A stretch of 63,776 bases of DNA, the filler included, from Folioceros fuciformis (taxonomy: Eukaryota), in the NCBI GenBank assembly GCA_049999805.1. It is 10 parts of 10 records of this genome, joined end to end, with 100 filler letters (N's around TTAATTAATTAA, not from the genome) between each part and the next. Parts side by side here need not be neighbours in the genome. Positions count along the whole stretch, not along the records: positions 1 to 10,176 come from JBNGIO010002618.1; 9 more parts are not named here. One strand, 5' to 3'. The translations under genes were made by a program, and so were the position numbers. Positions 1 to 10,276 of the stretch are shown in pieces. The notes beneath the pieces were generated by a model. It did not search any database, was not told the origin of the DNA, and saw nothing but the letters and a program-made list of their open reading frames with translations. Position 1 is the first letter of the stretch. The number at the start of each line of letters is the position of its first letter.

Positions 1-46
1 CTATCGTTTAAATGACGGGTAAACCCTAACGGGGTTTCTCCAAACA

Positions 47-1358
47 AAGAACTCCAAGTCACAAGATGCAAGTACTCTAAGTTTCCATGAGATAGGCAAC
101 CACTCTAAGTCCTCAAGTGCTTGGAGGCTTAAGGAAAGCAGCAAGATCTATGAGTTGCAAGAGGCAGGGAGACTCCCACGGTGGGGAGGTAGTGAGGCTA
201 CCAAGGGGGAGAAGAAACGCGACGGCTGCCATTCCTTTTGTATGTTTCCCTTCCGTGATCAAGGAGCAATTTGGAGGCAAGATCCTAGGGATCTGTGAGT
301 TGGAGGGGCATATGTTGCATGCGAGGCTGGCTGAAGCAGTGAGAAGGAAGGCTATGAGCGAACGGAGTGAAGAGCTGCCTCCCAAGAATCCTCTTTTCTC
401 TCTAACTTGCCATGCCTCCCAAGAATCCTCTTTTCTCTCTAACTTGCCAATCACGGGCAGCTAGTTTCAGTGGGGGTTTTTGCATCCCCCTGATCCGCTG
501 ATTTTAGTGTGGAGAGCAACGTGTGGAGCTAGCTAGGCTTCCTCTGGATTGCTACTCACAAGAGCTGATTGATGAAGTTGTGAGATCATTTCCACCACTG
601 ACTACTACGATCATTTCCATTGCTGTCTACAAAACACCCACCATGGACAAGGCGCTGCAAATAGTATCCTTCACTCGGTTTGTACTTGTCACTCACCCCC
701 TCCAATGCACACGTCTTGCTCTTCACCTCACTCCCACCACCCTTGTCGCCACTCTTGTAAATCTCACAACTCACACACAAAGAAGCACCAGCAAATGCAC
801 AACGTTTGCCATTTCCATCCCTCACACACTCAACTACATCAATCAGCTCTTGTGAGCAGCAATCCAGAGGGAGCCTGGCTGGCTCCACATGTTGCTCTCC
901 ACACTAAAATCAGCGGATTAGGGGGATGCAAAAACCCCCACTGAAATTAGCTCCCTGTGATCAGCAAGTTAGAGAGAAAAGAGGATTCTTGGGAGGCGGC
1001 TCTTCACTCCGTTCGCTCACAGCTCTCCTTCTCACTACTTCAGCCAGCCTCGCATGCAACCTATGCCCCCTCCAACTCATAGATCCCTAGGATCTAAGAG
1101 CCTCCAAATTGCTCCTTGATCACGGAAGGGAAACAGACAAAAGGAAGGGCAGTCGCTGTGTTTCTTCTCCCCCTTGGCAGCCTCACTACCTCCCCACTGT
1201 GGCAGCCTCCCTGCCTCCTACAACTCATGGATCCTTGCTGCCCACCCGTGTGCTCACAAACGGCTGCTTTCCTTAAGTCTCCAAGCACTTGAGGACTTAG
1301 AGTGGTTGCCTGTATCATGGAAACTTAGAGTACTTGCATCTCGTGACTTGGAGTTCTT
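47..1358. repeat. Long imperfect inverted repeat: arms ~47-582 and ~829-1358, ~245-bp spacer
   Basis: The arms are reverse complements along their length, e.g. gggggtttttgcatcccc(c)tgatccgctgattttagtgtggagagcaac (472-520) versus gttgctctccacactaaaatcagcggattagggggatgcaaaaacccc (891-938). ORFs 117..464(+) and 1094..1318(-), and 523(+) and 888(-), translate to near-identical peptides. Confidence 0.9.
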
Positions 1359-1702
1359 GCATGCTACTTGGGGACCTAGAGTGCCGGCATGCAATTTGGT
1401 GACTTGGAGTTCTTGCATGCACCCTGGTTTAGTAGGTCTCCTACCCAAACCTCTCACCAAACCTGCTAGTTTGGTACCAAACCACTTCTGTCCCCCTGAC
1501 ATATCTATCTCACTTCTATCCCTCGGACACATGCGTCTCCTTACCATCCGTGAACACCCCACTCACATATATAGCCACTGAGAAACAAAAATAGAAAGTA
1601 GAAACAAAACCAAATAGGAAGGAACCAACCTTCCTTATACTAGCCGCACTTGTACAAATTGTACCAAAATTGGGACACTGGCCTGAAATTCTATGTTTCA
1701 CA
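1270..1702 (+). mobile_element. 3' terminus of a family-A-related TG...CA element, ending ...TATGTTTCACA
   Basis: Colinear with 24110-24457. Similarity stops abruptly at the CA dinucleotide in both copies. Confidence 0.7.
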
Positions 1703-1899
1703 CATGTATATATATGTGTTGGTACCTATAAGTACGAATTTCATAAGCCATTCGAGAAGGACAAAGACGCCGCACGTTTCGCCCACACCACTTGACTCTA
1801 TTCTTGTTGCCATGATCAGTCTTAGTCTTGCAGGTCCATATCTCAATTTGGACAGGAATGGAGTTTACCCCAAGAGCATAGTGTTGTTCTATGAAATAC

Positions 1900-2800
1900 C
1901 TACACAATTGAGCACTGCCTACTCATGCATTCTTGTTATGCAACTGAAACAACCAATTGCCAGTTGTGAGTTGCCCTAGCCCTCACAACGATGTCTCTTA
2001 GTTCAAGCTTGACACGATGAAAGTAGCATCGTCAGCCTGTAAGCTAGCAAAGTCACATCTCCTCAAAATAAGCTAGTGGCTTGTCACCTGCTAGCACTAG
2101 TTTGTTTCGACGCCTACCATATGGAGAGAGAGCCTATGGCATGCCAAAGCAGACAGAGATTGTCTGCCCTTGTTTGCAGCATAAAAATCGTAACGAATGA
2201 CCGCTTTGGTGCCCAGACGGAAATTACCTCCTCGCCAAAGGGAACATATGCATTGGCACCAAAATACTAGAGCATTCTTGCAAGCAGATGAATCTCGTTT
2301 CCCCTTCTCTGAGCGAAAGCACTCCACACACCCATGCTATGATGGTTGTCCTTTTTTATTTGAAGAGTGTGATTCCTCCAGCTTCTTATGCCTTTGCACA
2401 ACCTGCCTCACTAGAAGGTAGATCGGGATGGAGGGGGCGATGCCTCACCCTCACCCTCGCCCTCGCCTCCACCTCCTCCTGCCTTACGGCTTGCACAGCC
2501 TGCCTCTATGAAAGGCAGATCGGGATGGAGGGGGCCGTGCCTCACCCTCGCCATGCCTCCACCTCCACGTGCATTATGGCTTTGCTAAGGGACCCTGCTC
2601 AAGATGTTTGTTGGGGACTATTAGGTGTGAGACGCACATACTGGGGAGCATGGAGGGAGATGCGGGCTGGAGAGGCACCTGGAAGGCAGGCCTATGGTTT
2701 TATATGCTTATGCAGATGCTTCCCCTTGTCGAACGCTAGATTGCCCAAGCCTGCACATGCCTAGAGGTGGCAAAAGAATGTGTAGAATCATGACTGCTCA
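1900..2800 (-). pseudogene. Highly degenerate PLS-type pentatricopeptide repeat (PPR) gene remnant
   Basis: Minus-strand fragments ACAGLGNLAFDKGKHLHKHI (~2700-2760), EKGK/EIHL (~2285-2310) and AYFEEM...LQADDATFIV (~2015-2075) resemble PPR motifs. They are broken by stops and frameshifts. Confidence 0.35.
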
Positions 2801-5800
2801 CAACTGTTGCATACGCAAGGCATAGGCTACTCACAGTCCACCAAACCACAGACGCATCCATATTCATCTAGCTACATCCATGTTCAACGAAAGCACGGCT
2901 CATAGCAAATCCATGTATGCAAAAAAGTTCACAATTCTGAGGAAGGCTTGCTCAAGAGTCCACTAGTCTACTGACAAAGCCATATTCGTCTAGCCTCATC
3001 CACGCTTAGGGAAAGCTCAGCTCATGGCAAATCAACGTACACAAAAAGGTTCACAAATCCGAGTAGCAACCACTTAAATTCCACATTTGCTACACCTCCA
3101 ATGTCTACAGGAGATGCAACAAGAGATGCAACATACTTGTCAGGAGGACGTGAGATCCTTCCTGACCTACGAAGCACTGGTGCCTCGACAGGAGCTGGTT
3201 GCACTCTCTCATCTTCTACAAATGGAGGAACTTGTTCCTGCACATCACGATGTTCAACCTGCGCGGGACGGTCAAATCCATCTACTTGAAAGACCCCCCG
3301 TCGCACCTCCATAGTTGGAGTAGGCTTCTTGTGCATCTTGGTCTCATTGAAGAACACGTCATTGTTGCGAACCATCCTCTTGGCCTCTGGATCCCACAGA
3401 CGGTATCCCATCTCACCAGATTCACCATAGCCAAGAAAAATACACTTTCTTGACTTGGGAGCCAACTTGTCCCGAAACTCTTTCGGAACATGGTAGTATG
3501 CCTCGCAGCCAAACACTCATAGATGCTTGTATGACGGCTTCTTTGCATACCACATCTCCTCTGGAACCTGTTCATCCACAGCCCTATTAGGAGATTTGTT
3601 AATAAGATACACCACAGTAACCGCTGCTTCTGCCCAAAATCCGTTAGGCAATCTAGAGTTTAACAACAAACTACGCATCCTCCCTTGGATGGTCCTGTTC
3701 ATCCGTTCAACCACACCATTCTGGGGAGGAGTATACGACGCAGTCAATTCTCTCTTGATTCCCTTGGAATCATATAATGACTGGAAAGCCTTCGAAACGT
3801 ACTCTCCCCCATTGTCTGTCTTTAGACACTTCAGTCGGAGGGCAGACTGATTCTCCACAAGGGTGACGAATTTCTGAAACACTGTCAGAACATCATCCTT
3901 TTTCCTCAAAGGATAAACCCATACCTTGCGTGAGAAATCATTTATAAAAGTGAAAAAATAGGATGCACCGCTGAATGATACAGTGGGCATCGGTCCACAA
4001 ACGTCACTGTGAACCAACTCAAGAGGTTTACTTTTGTGTTTACCTCTTGCTCCATGTGGTGACTTTGTCTGTTTCCCATACAAAAAGTGCTCACACACAG
4101 AGAAATCAGAGAAGTCAAAAGCAGGGACGTAACCAAAACGAGATGAGATCTTCATTCCTTTTTGAGACATATGTCCTAACCGACTATGCCACAAGGAAAC
4201 ATTTGGCTGTTCCGTTACACAAATCACATGAACCTTGACAGTGGTTACCTGAAGTGAGTACAAAGTGCCACACCTCGATCCACGAGCTAACACAAGAGAA
4301 CCTTTGGAGATCTTCCAAGAACAATCTCCAAACCAACAGTGGTAGCGAGCGTCATCCAACTGCCTTGCGCTAATCATGCTTTTGGTCAACTTCGGAACAT
4401 GCCTAACATCTTTCAGTACGAATGAAGATCCATTGTCGAACTTCAACCGCACATCACCAACGCTTGCAATCTCGCATGTGTAGTTATTTCCAAGCCGATC
4501 ACATCCTTTCCTTGTAGCATCATAAGTGCTAAACCACTCCCTACGTGGAGTAACATGGAAAGATGCTCCAGAGTCAATTATCCAATTAGAGAATAAGTGA
4601 CTCTCCACGGCTGTCAGTTGTGCAGAATCGAAGGAAAAAGAGATAAGAACATCTCCATCATCAACAGAGTTCACCTCGTCACGCTTGACACTCGGACTTG
4701 CCGTGTTGTCGCTCTACTTCTTCTCCTTGCCTTTGTCCTTCTTGAACTTCTCGTAGTCCCTTCTGATGTGACCCTTCTTGTGACAATGGTAACACTCAAT
4801 ATTGTTACGACCACGAGATTTACTACGAGAACGACTTCGCTCCTTGTACTTTCCCTTTGAAGTGGACCTTCCTCTCACCATGAGGGCATTGGAACCTTTC
4901 GAGGGTTCCATATTCTTCTTGTTCACCTCCTCTGTTAACAGGCTACCTTCTACATTTACAACGGTAAGACTACTGGCAGGAGCGGAATTACTCAGAGATG
5001 TACGAAAGGTGTCCCAGCTCTCTGGTAATGTGACCTACAAAAACATAGCTCTCACAGAATCTGGGAACGAGATACCTTGAGATGAGAGCTGGCTAAAAAT
5101 GGTATTGAACTCATTCAGATGATCGGACATCCACGTCCCTTACTTCATCTTCAAGTCTACCAGTTGCTTCAACCAATACACCTGAGAAGCTACACTTTGC
5201 TTCTCATACATATCACACAACTTCTGCCATAGGTCGTAACTTGTGGTCTTATCTTTCACGTTGAAGTAGACCGACTTCGACAATGTTAGCATGATGGTAG
5301 ACCTAGCAAGCTCATCTAGATCCTACCCCTCTTCTTGAGTCATGCTAACGGGTTTCACTCCTAGCAACTTTATCGGCTTGATCTGCTTTTTCTACGCTAG
5401 AACATTGTATACTTGTTCTTTCCAGAACGGGAAGTTAGTACCATCTAACTTCTCGATATTGAACATAACGTTTTCTGAGGACGTCATGATTCAGAAATCG
5501 ATGCAAATCAAGCAAAAGGCTAGTTACAAAATGTCGGCACGTAATGTAGATTTTATTACCCTCGTTCCGATTCGTCTGTCCACAATTTAGGTTGACACGT
5601 CGGGCCTAAATCCTCCGATTCAAATCTGGCCGCCTCGCGGTTGGGATCTCGGCTGGTACACGCCTTTGCTCTTGGTGTCGGTGCCACTTCGGCGTCCACT
5701 CTTCGTCACCCGGCGTCCCCGACGCTCGCGCCTTCAACACCTATTCCTGCGTCGTCACACCTCAGCGACCGCGGCGGTCGCGCACATGCCTCGGTGCTCT

Positions 5801-6449
5801 AGGGCCCACGTCTGATGGCGCCCCTGGGCCTAGCTGCGTCATGGTGCTCGCACATCAGGCGCGGTGCCCGTGGCCTGCACGGCGCCCTCGCGTTAGGCGT
5901 GGTGCCCGTGGCCTGCATGGCCCCCGTGCATCAGGCACGGCGCTCGCGCCCCGCACGTCCTAGCGACCTAGCCTGGCCGAGCGCCCCTGGAGGGGGCCTG
6001 CGCTACTCCTAGATGGGGCTGATAGCGCCCCGTCCTCGTGGCCTGGGTGCACTTGGCGCCCCGCTCGGGGTTTGGCATCCTGGCTGTCCCCCGGGCACCC
6101 GAGGTTCCCTACCTGGCGCCTTGCACCCGGCGCCCTGGGGCCTGATGGCCCGCCTGCGTCCAGGTCGGGGCCTGGCGGCACCCTCTTGCCGCCGCTGTGG
6201 CACCTTGCGGCTGGGGCGTCCGCCTGCTAGCTCCTCACGGGCTTGCTGTGCCCGCACCCCATGGGCTAGCGTACGGTGCCCCGCTCTCCTCGCGCTCGGG
6301 CTTCCGAAGCGTTCTTGGCACCCATGCTCTCGGAGCTCCATGCACCTATGGATGCTACACACGGCCACTCCCACTCTGATACCTCTCTCACAATCGACTT
6401 GAGCACCTTGTCCACACCGTCAGGGACATCACCATCTTACTCCAACCTA

Positions 6450-6461
6450 GCTCTGATACCA
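6450..6461 (-). promoter_or_regulatory. Primer-binding site (tRNA-iMet) of copia copy 1
   Basis: gctctgatacca is the reverse complement of TGGTATCAGAGC and sits 2 nt from the LTR end. Confidence 0.92.
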
Positions 6462-6463
6462 CT

Positions 6464-6793
6464 TGAACGATCGCTATAGGAGCTACATGGTGAAAGAGGA
6501 GAGGAGGAGACAAGGAGGAGAGGAAGAGGCAAGGAGGAGAGGAAGAGGCAAGGAGGAGAGGAGAAAGAGAGGTCACACTCTCACAATAAGTCTCAATATG
6601 CAAGGGAGCTCAAGGGGGTATTTATACCCTCTATAAGAGCTCCCTAGGAAGCTTCACAAGAAGCGCACAGGAAGCTGCGTAAGAAGCTTCCTACATATTA
6701 GCTTAAGCTAATCTAGAATAATGATACTTAAATAGACACTAATCTTAGACTAAACACATTAGTCTAAGCCCATTGGGCTTTATTAACCCTACA
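6464..6793 (-). repeat. Copia 5' LTR (~330 bp, TGTAGGG...GTTCA on the minus strand)
   Basis: TG/CA ends and adjacent to the PBS. A TATA-like TATAAATA lies at ~6619-6626 (-). Matches 9443-9717 and 57672-57751. Confidence 0.85.
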
Positions 6794-9442
6794 TTTCTTT
6801 TAGTTTGTTGAGAGATGGAGAAAGAGAGAGACTACGCTGTGGTACTGTGGTAAGGAATTTAAGGAGATGGAGCGTGAGGCTGCAGAGCAGTGCTTGGGAA
6901 GAACTTTGCGAAGAAGAAAGGGTGAGGGAAGACGTAGCCATTACGGGCAAGGGCAAGGAGCGCGCAGGGTGTTCGGGAGTTTCTAGGGCGCGAAGCAAGA
7001 AACCTAAAGGTCGTGTAGGGGCAGCAACTGTGCCCAGGGTCACAAAAGCTCAGCTTTTGCGACAGCTTGAGGAGCAAAAGGCGGAGTTGGAGATGCTCAA
7101 ATATGGCCTAAGCCCTAGGTTGGAGAGGCTTAGGGATGCAGTGACAAACGTGTGCAGGCCGCCTGTTTTGCCTTCGGTGACAAGTAATCCAGTGATAGCA
7201 ACGAGGTTGGGACAAGCAAAGGGTGGCGAGTCGGCACATCGTGAGCAGGGAGAAGGGGCGCTGGGCGATTGCGGCGAAGTTTTGTTGAAGGAAGGGTCAC
7301 CAGCGATGTGTGAGCAAGAGAGCGATGAGGAATTTGCAAGAAAGGCTTCGGCTGCAGTTCAGGGGGTTGAAGGAGTTGAAGCAGCACCAAGAAACGGGAA
7401 GGAGATAGGGCATGAGTCTAGAGAGGGGAGCGAGTCACAGAAGAGTGACGCGCCAGTAGCTCGCGAGACAGGAGATGAAGATGAGGAAGCTTTGTGGTAG
7501 AGCTATCGGCAAGAAAAGAAGACACATCTAGAAGAGGCGTGCTGTTGAAGGAAGGGAGTTGTGCAAAGAAAGACCTTTCGACGGCACCAGCAGTGAGTCA
7601 GGACGCCGCGTTGCCCAAGGAAAACCTTGTGGAGGTGCTGACAATGGAAGAGTAGGGCGCACCACCGAGGGACTCCGTGGCAGTTGCAGCAGTTGAAGCG
7701 GGAAGCGAGTTCTTGGAGAAAGTGTCGTCAGCGACGCCGGCGACTGAGAAAGGTGGCAAGTCACCAGTAGACGATCCTGTAGCAATGCACGCGGTGGAAG
7801 GAGGTTGGAGCCGCCAACGGAATTTACGCGTTCGGTAGTTGCACTTGCAGCGCCAGACACAGGGTGTGTGCGAGAGGGGGTGGCTTCGACAGCCCGGCCA
7901 AGGCCGAGATGAAAACGGTTGCTAGAATTTAGTTCTTCGTCTCAGGAGGTGAGCAGCGCCAGTAGGAAGCAGAAAGGGGAGGAGCAAAAAACAGTTACAA
8001 AACCGTCGAGGCCTAGAAGGATTAGGCAAGGTGCAGGACCAGGGCAGGAGGCGGGCCAATCGACATGGGAGAAAGAAGGAGTGCAAGACGCGGACAGTGG
8101 GGCACAGGAAGGATTTTGTGGTGGTGATCAAAACCCGCTGCCACCTCAGTGGAATTTATTGAAGACTCACACATTTTCCAGGGAGGAGCTGCGGAGGCTG
8201 CGACAAGAAACAGAGCGAGAGGTGGGGGAACTCTCGGCAGAGATTGTTGAACGAACAGCGGAAAGAGTCAGACTTGCAGTGTTGCTGAAGGACTTGCAAG
8301 CAAGAGAAGTGGAGAAAAGACGTCAACTCGAGGAAATTGTCTCCATAGAGTTACTGTCGGAAGGCGGGGCTACTTCTATCTTGAGTACCCTCAAAGGTAG
8401 GCAACTGGATGTTGCCTACGAGGTTATTACGAGGCAGTACCATCAACTCAAGAGGAGCGAGTCACCACAAGTGAAGAGTGGAGTGGGGAACAAGCGCAAG
8501 AGTTCGGAGGGGCCTAGACGAGTCGAGGACTATCATGAGTGTGACCCACCTAGGAGGAGCTCAAGCTACCAAGCTGGGAGAGGAAGAGTATACCGAAGGG
8601 CTATCATGAGTGTGACCCACCTAGGAGGAGCTCAAGCTACCAAGCTGGGAGAGGAAGAGTATACCGAAGGGGCTACACCTGATGGAAGGTTGGTGAGGGT
8701 GCGGTGACTGGGGACCTTCTTGTGAGAAGGTCCAAAAGACTTAAGCTAGAGAAGTTTGCTTCAGAAGCTACAGCGGAGAATGTTAGTGTGAAATTAATTG
8801 GTAGTAGCAGTGAGGGAGGTTCTGCGGCATAGAGGCAGTTTAGTAGTAAGACAGGGTTAAAGTTTTGCATGCGTGTACAAGTTTTTATCTTTGGAAATGA
8901 TAAACGGAACTTGCCATTTGGCTGTGTAGAGATAGCTGGTGAGTCTTTGTTGTTGTAAGAATGACGAAAGTTGTGTAGGAGGAACTTAACTAGGTGAGAG
9001 GAGTGAACTAAAGAAGAGCAGTTTGGAGAAATCAGAAGAGGAAAGGAGTTGGATGAGCAAATTTCGAAGGAGTATTGAGAGCTTTGTAAGAAGGAAGAAG
9101 AGCAAAGGGAAAGAAGACAGCAAAGTTTGCGACGCCTCATAATAGGGTGTTCACAGCCAAGTAGTTGGAGCCAGCTTCAAGCATTCTGTGATGATTTGAT
9201 AGTGCTTGAGCGACACTTTTCAGATGTGAAAAGTTTAGTGACGTGCTTAGAGAGAAAAGAGGGAGAAGTGAACTTAGTGTGGAACGCTACCAGGCGTCCA
9301 GTTTTAGAGCTAGTGTATTCCACACTGTATCCATGCTGGTTTGGATATAAACCAGTGTAAGACTTGATTAGTTGTAAAAGTTATTAGACTTTGGCGTGAC
9401 AATTTTTATTTCAACTGGTGCTTAACTTTTCAACATGAGAAG
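6794..9442 (+). mobile_element. Degenerate, probably transposon-derived ORF region (charged, coiled-coil-like), family unassigned
   Basis: Broken ORFs 6805-7500 and 7919-8707 are E/R/K-rich with no introns or recognisable domain, and lie between retroelement LTRs. Confidence 0.4.
8530..8671. repeat. Perfect 71-bp tandem duplication
   Basis: ctatcatgagtgtgacc...ataccgaaggg occurs at 8530-8600 and 8601-8671. Confidence 0.92.
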
Positions 9443-9717
9443 CGTAGGGTTCATAAAGCCCAATGTGCTTAGACTAATGCATTTAGTCTAAGATTAGTAT
9501 CTAGATAAGTACCATTGGTTTATATTAGCTTAAGCTAATCTGTAGGAAGCTTCTTGCGCAGCTTTCTGTGCACGTCTTGTGAAGCTTCCTAGAGAGCTCT
9601 TCTAAAGGGTATAAATACCCTCTTGAGCTCCCTTGCTATAGAGACTCTGTGTGAGAGTGTGACCTCTCCTTTATCCTTCTCTTTGCCTCTCCTCCTCTCC
9701 TCCTTCACCATGTAGCT
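9443..9717 (+). repeat. Copia-family LTR, opposite orientation to 6464-6793, interrupted by a family A insertion
   Basis: cgtagggttcataaagccc...caccatgtagct matches the reverse complement of ~6480-6793. Confidence 0.88.
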
Positions 9718-10176
9718 TGTGAACCTCCAAAGTTTGGGGTAGTGGTTTGTTTTGGTTGAAAAAGGGTTAATAGTGGTATGGTATGGTTTGGTTTTCTTTT
9801 TCTACCTATTTTTCCAAATTTTCCTTTATTTTTTGGTCATTTTTTCTATTTTTCCTTGTGCTAATTAGGTTAATAGACCAGTAAATAGTTGTTTTGGTTA
9901 TTAGAGTGGGTATAGGTTTGGTCGCAGACCCGGGAAGGTTTAGGTCCAGTACCAAACCATAGGGTCGGGAAAGGTTGAGTCTAGGTCTGGTGATTAGTTT
10001 AATATTAATTAAAGATATATAATATTAAATAATTAAGTAATAATAGAATAATATAAAATATAAAATAATAAGAGGAACCTAGGAATGGGAATATGTGGGG
10101 TATGGTATGTCAGAGTCTAACGTCAGGCTGGCTAGCCTAAACGGCTATGGAGGCTGTGCCCTAGCTAGGGCTAGAG
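9718..10176 (+). mobile_element. 5' terminus of a family A element (TGTGAACCTCCAAAG...)
   Basis: The same terminus and AT-rich body occur at 62811(+) and 45854(-). It starts with TG exactly where the copia LTR is interrupted. Confidence 0.8.
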
Positions 10177-10276
10177 NNNNNNNNNNNNNNNNNNNNNNNN
10201 NNNNNNNNNNNNNNNNNNNNTTAATTAATTAANNNNNNNNNNNNNNNNNNNNNNNNNNNNNNNNNNNNNNNNNNNN
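10177..10276. other. Assembly linker (N44-TTAATTAATTAA-N44)
   Basis: Identical artificial linkers also at 23056-23155, 26559-26658, 30835-30934, 45294-45393, 49414-49513, 57852-57951, 61407-61506 and 62667-62766. Confidence 0.97.

Larger units (their letters stand above)
3121..6793 (-). mobile_element. Ty1/copia LTR retrotransposon copy 1 (5' LTR, PBS, gag, protease, integrase; truncated before RT)
   Basis: Gag starts at 5487 (MTSSENVMFNIEKLDGTNFPFWK). Zinc knuckle CYHCHKKGH, protease WIIDSGASFH, GAG-pre-integrase LWHSRLGH, integrase LVHSDVCGP / TDNGGEY / PPQNGVVERMNRT, SH3-like KCIFLGY. Several stops and frameshifts. Confidence 0.95.

Noticed and set aside
5760-6400. Several GC-rich overlapping ORFs
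   Set aside because: They lie in the copia 5' leader between the PBS and gag; low-complexity GC sequence gives spurious ORFs.
10221-10232. Recurring TTAATTAATTAA palindrome
   Set aside because: Always centred in identical N-runs; an artificial contig linker with stops in all frames.
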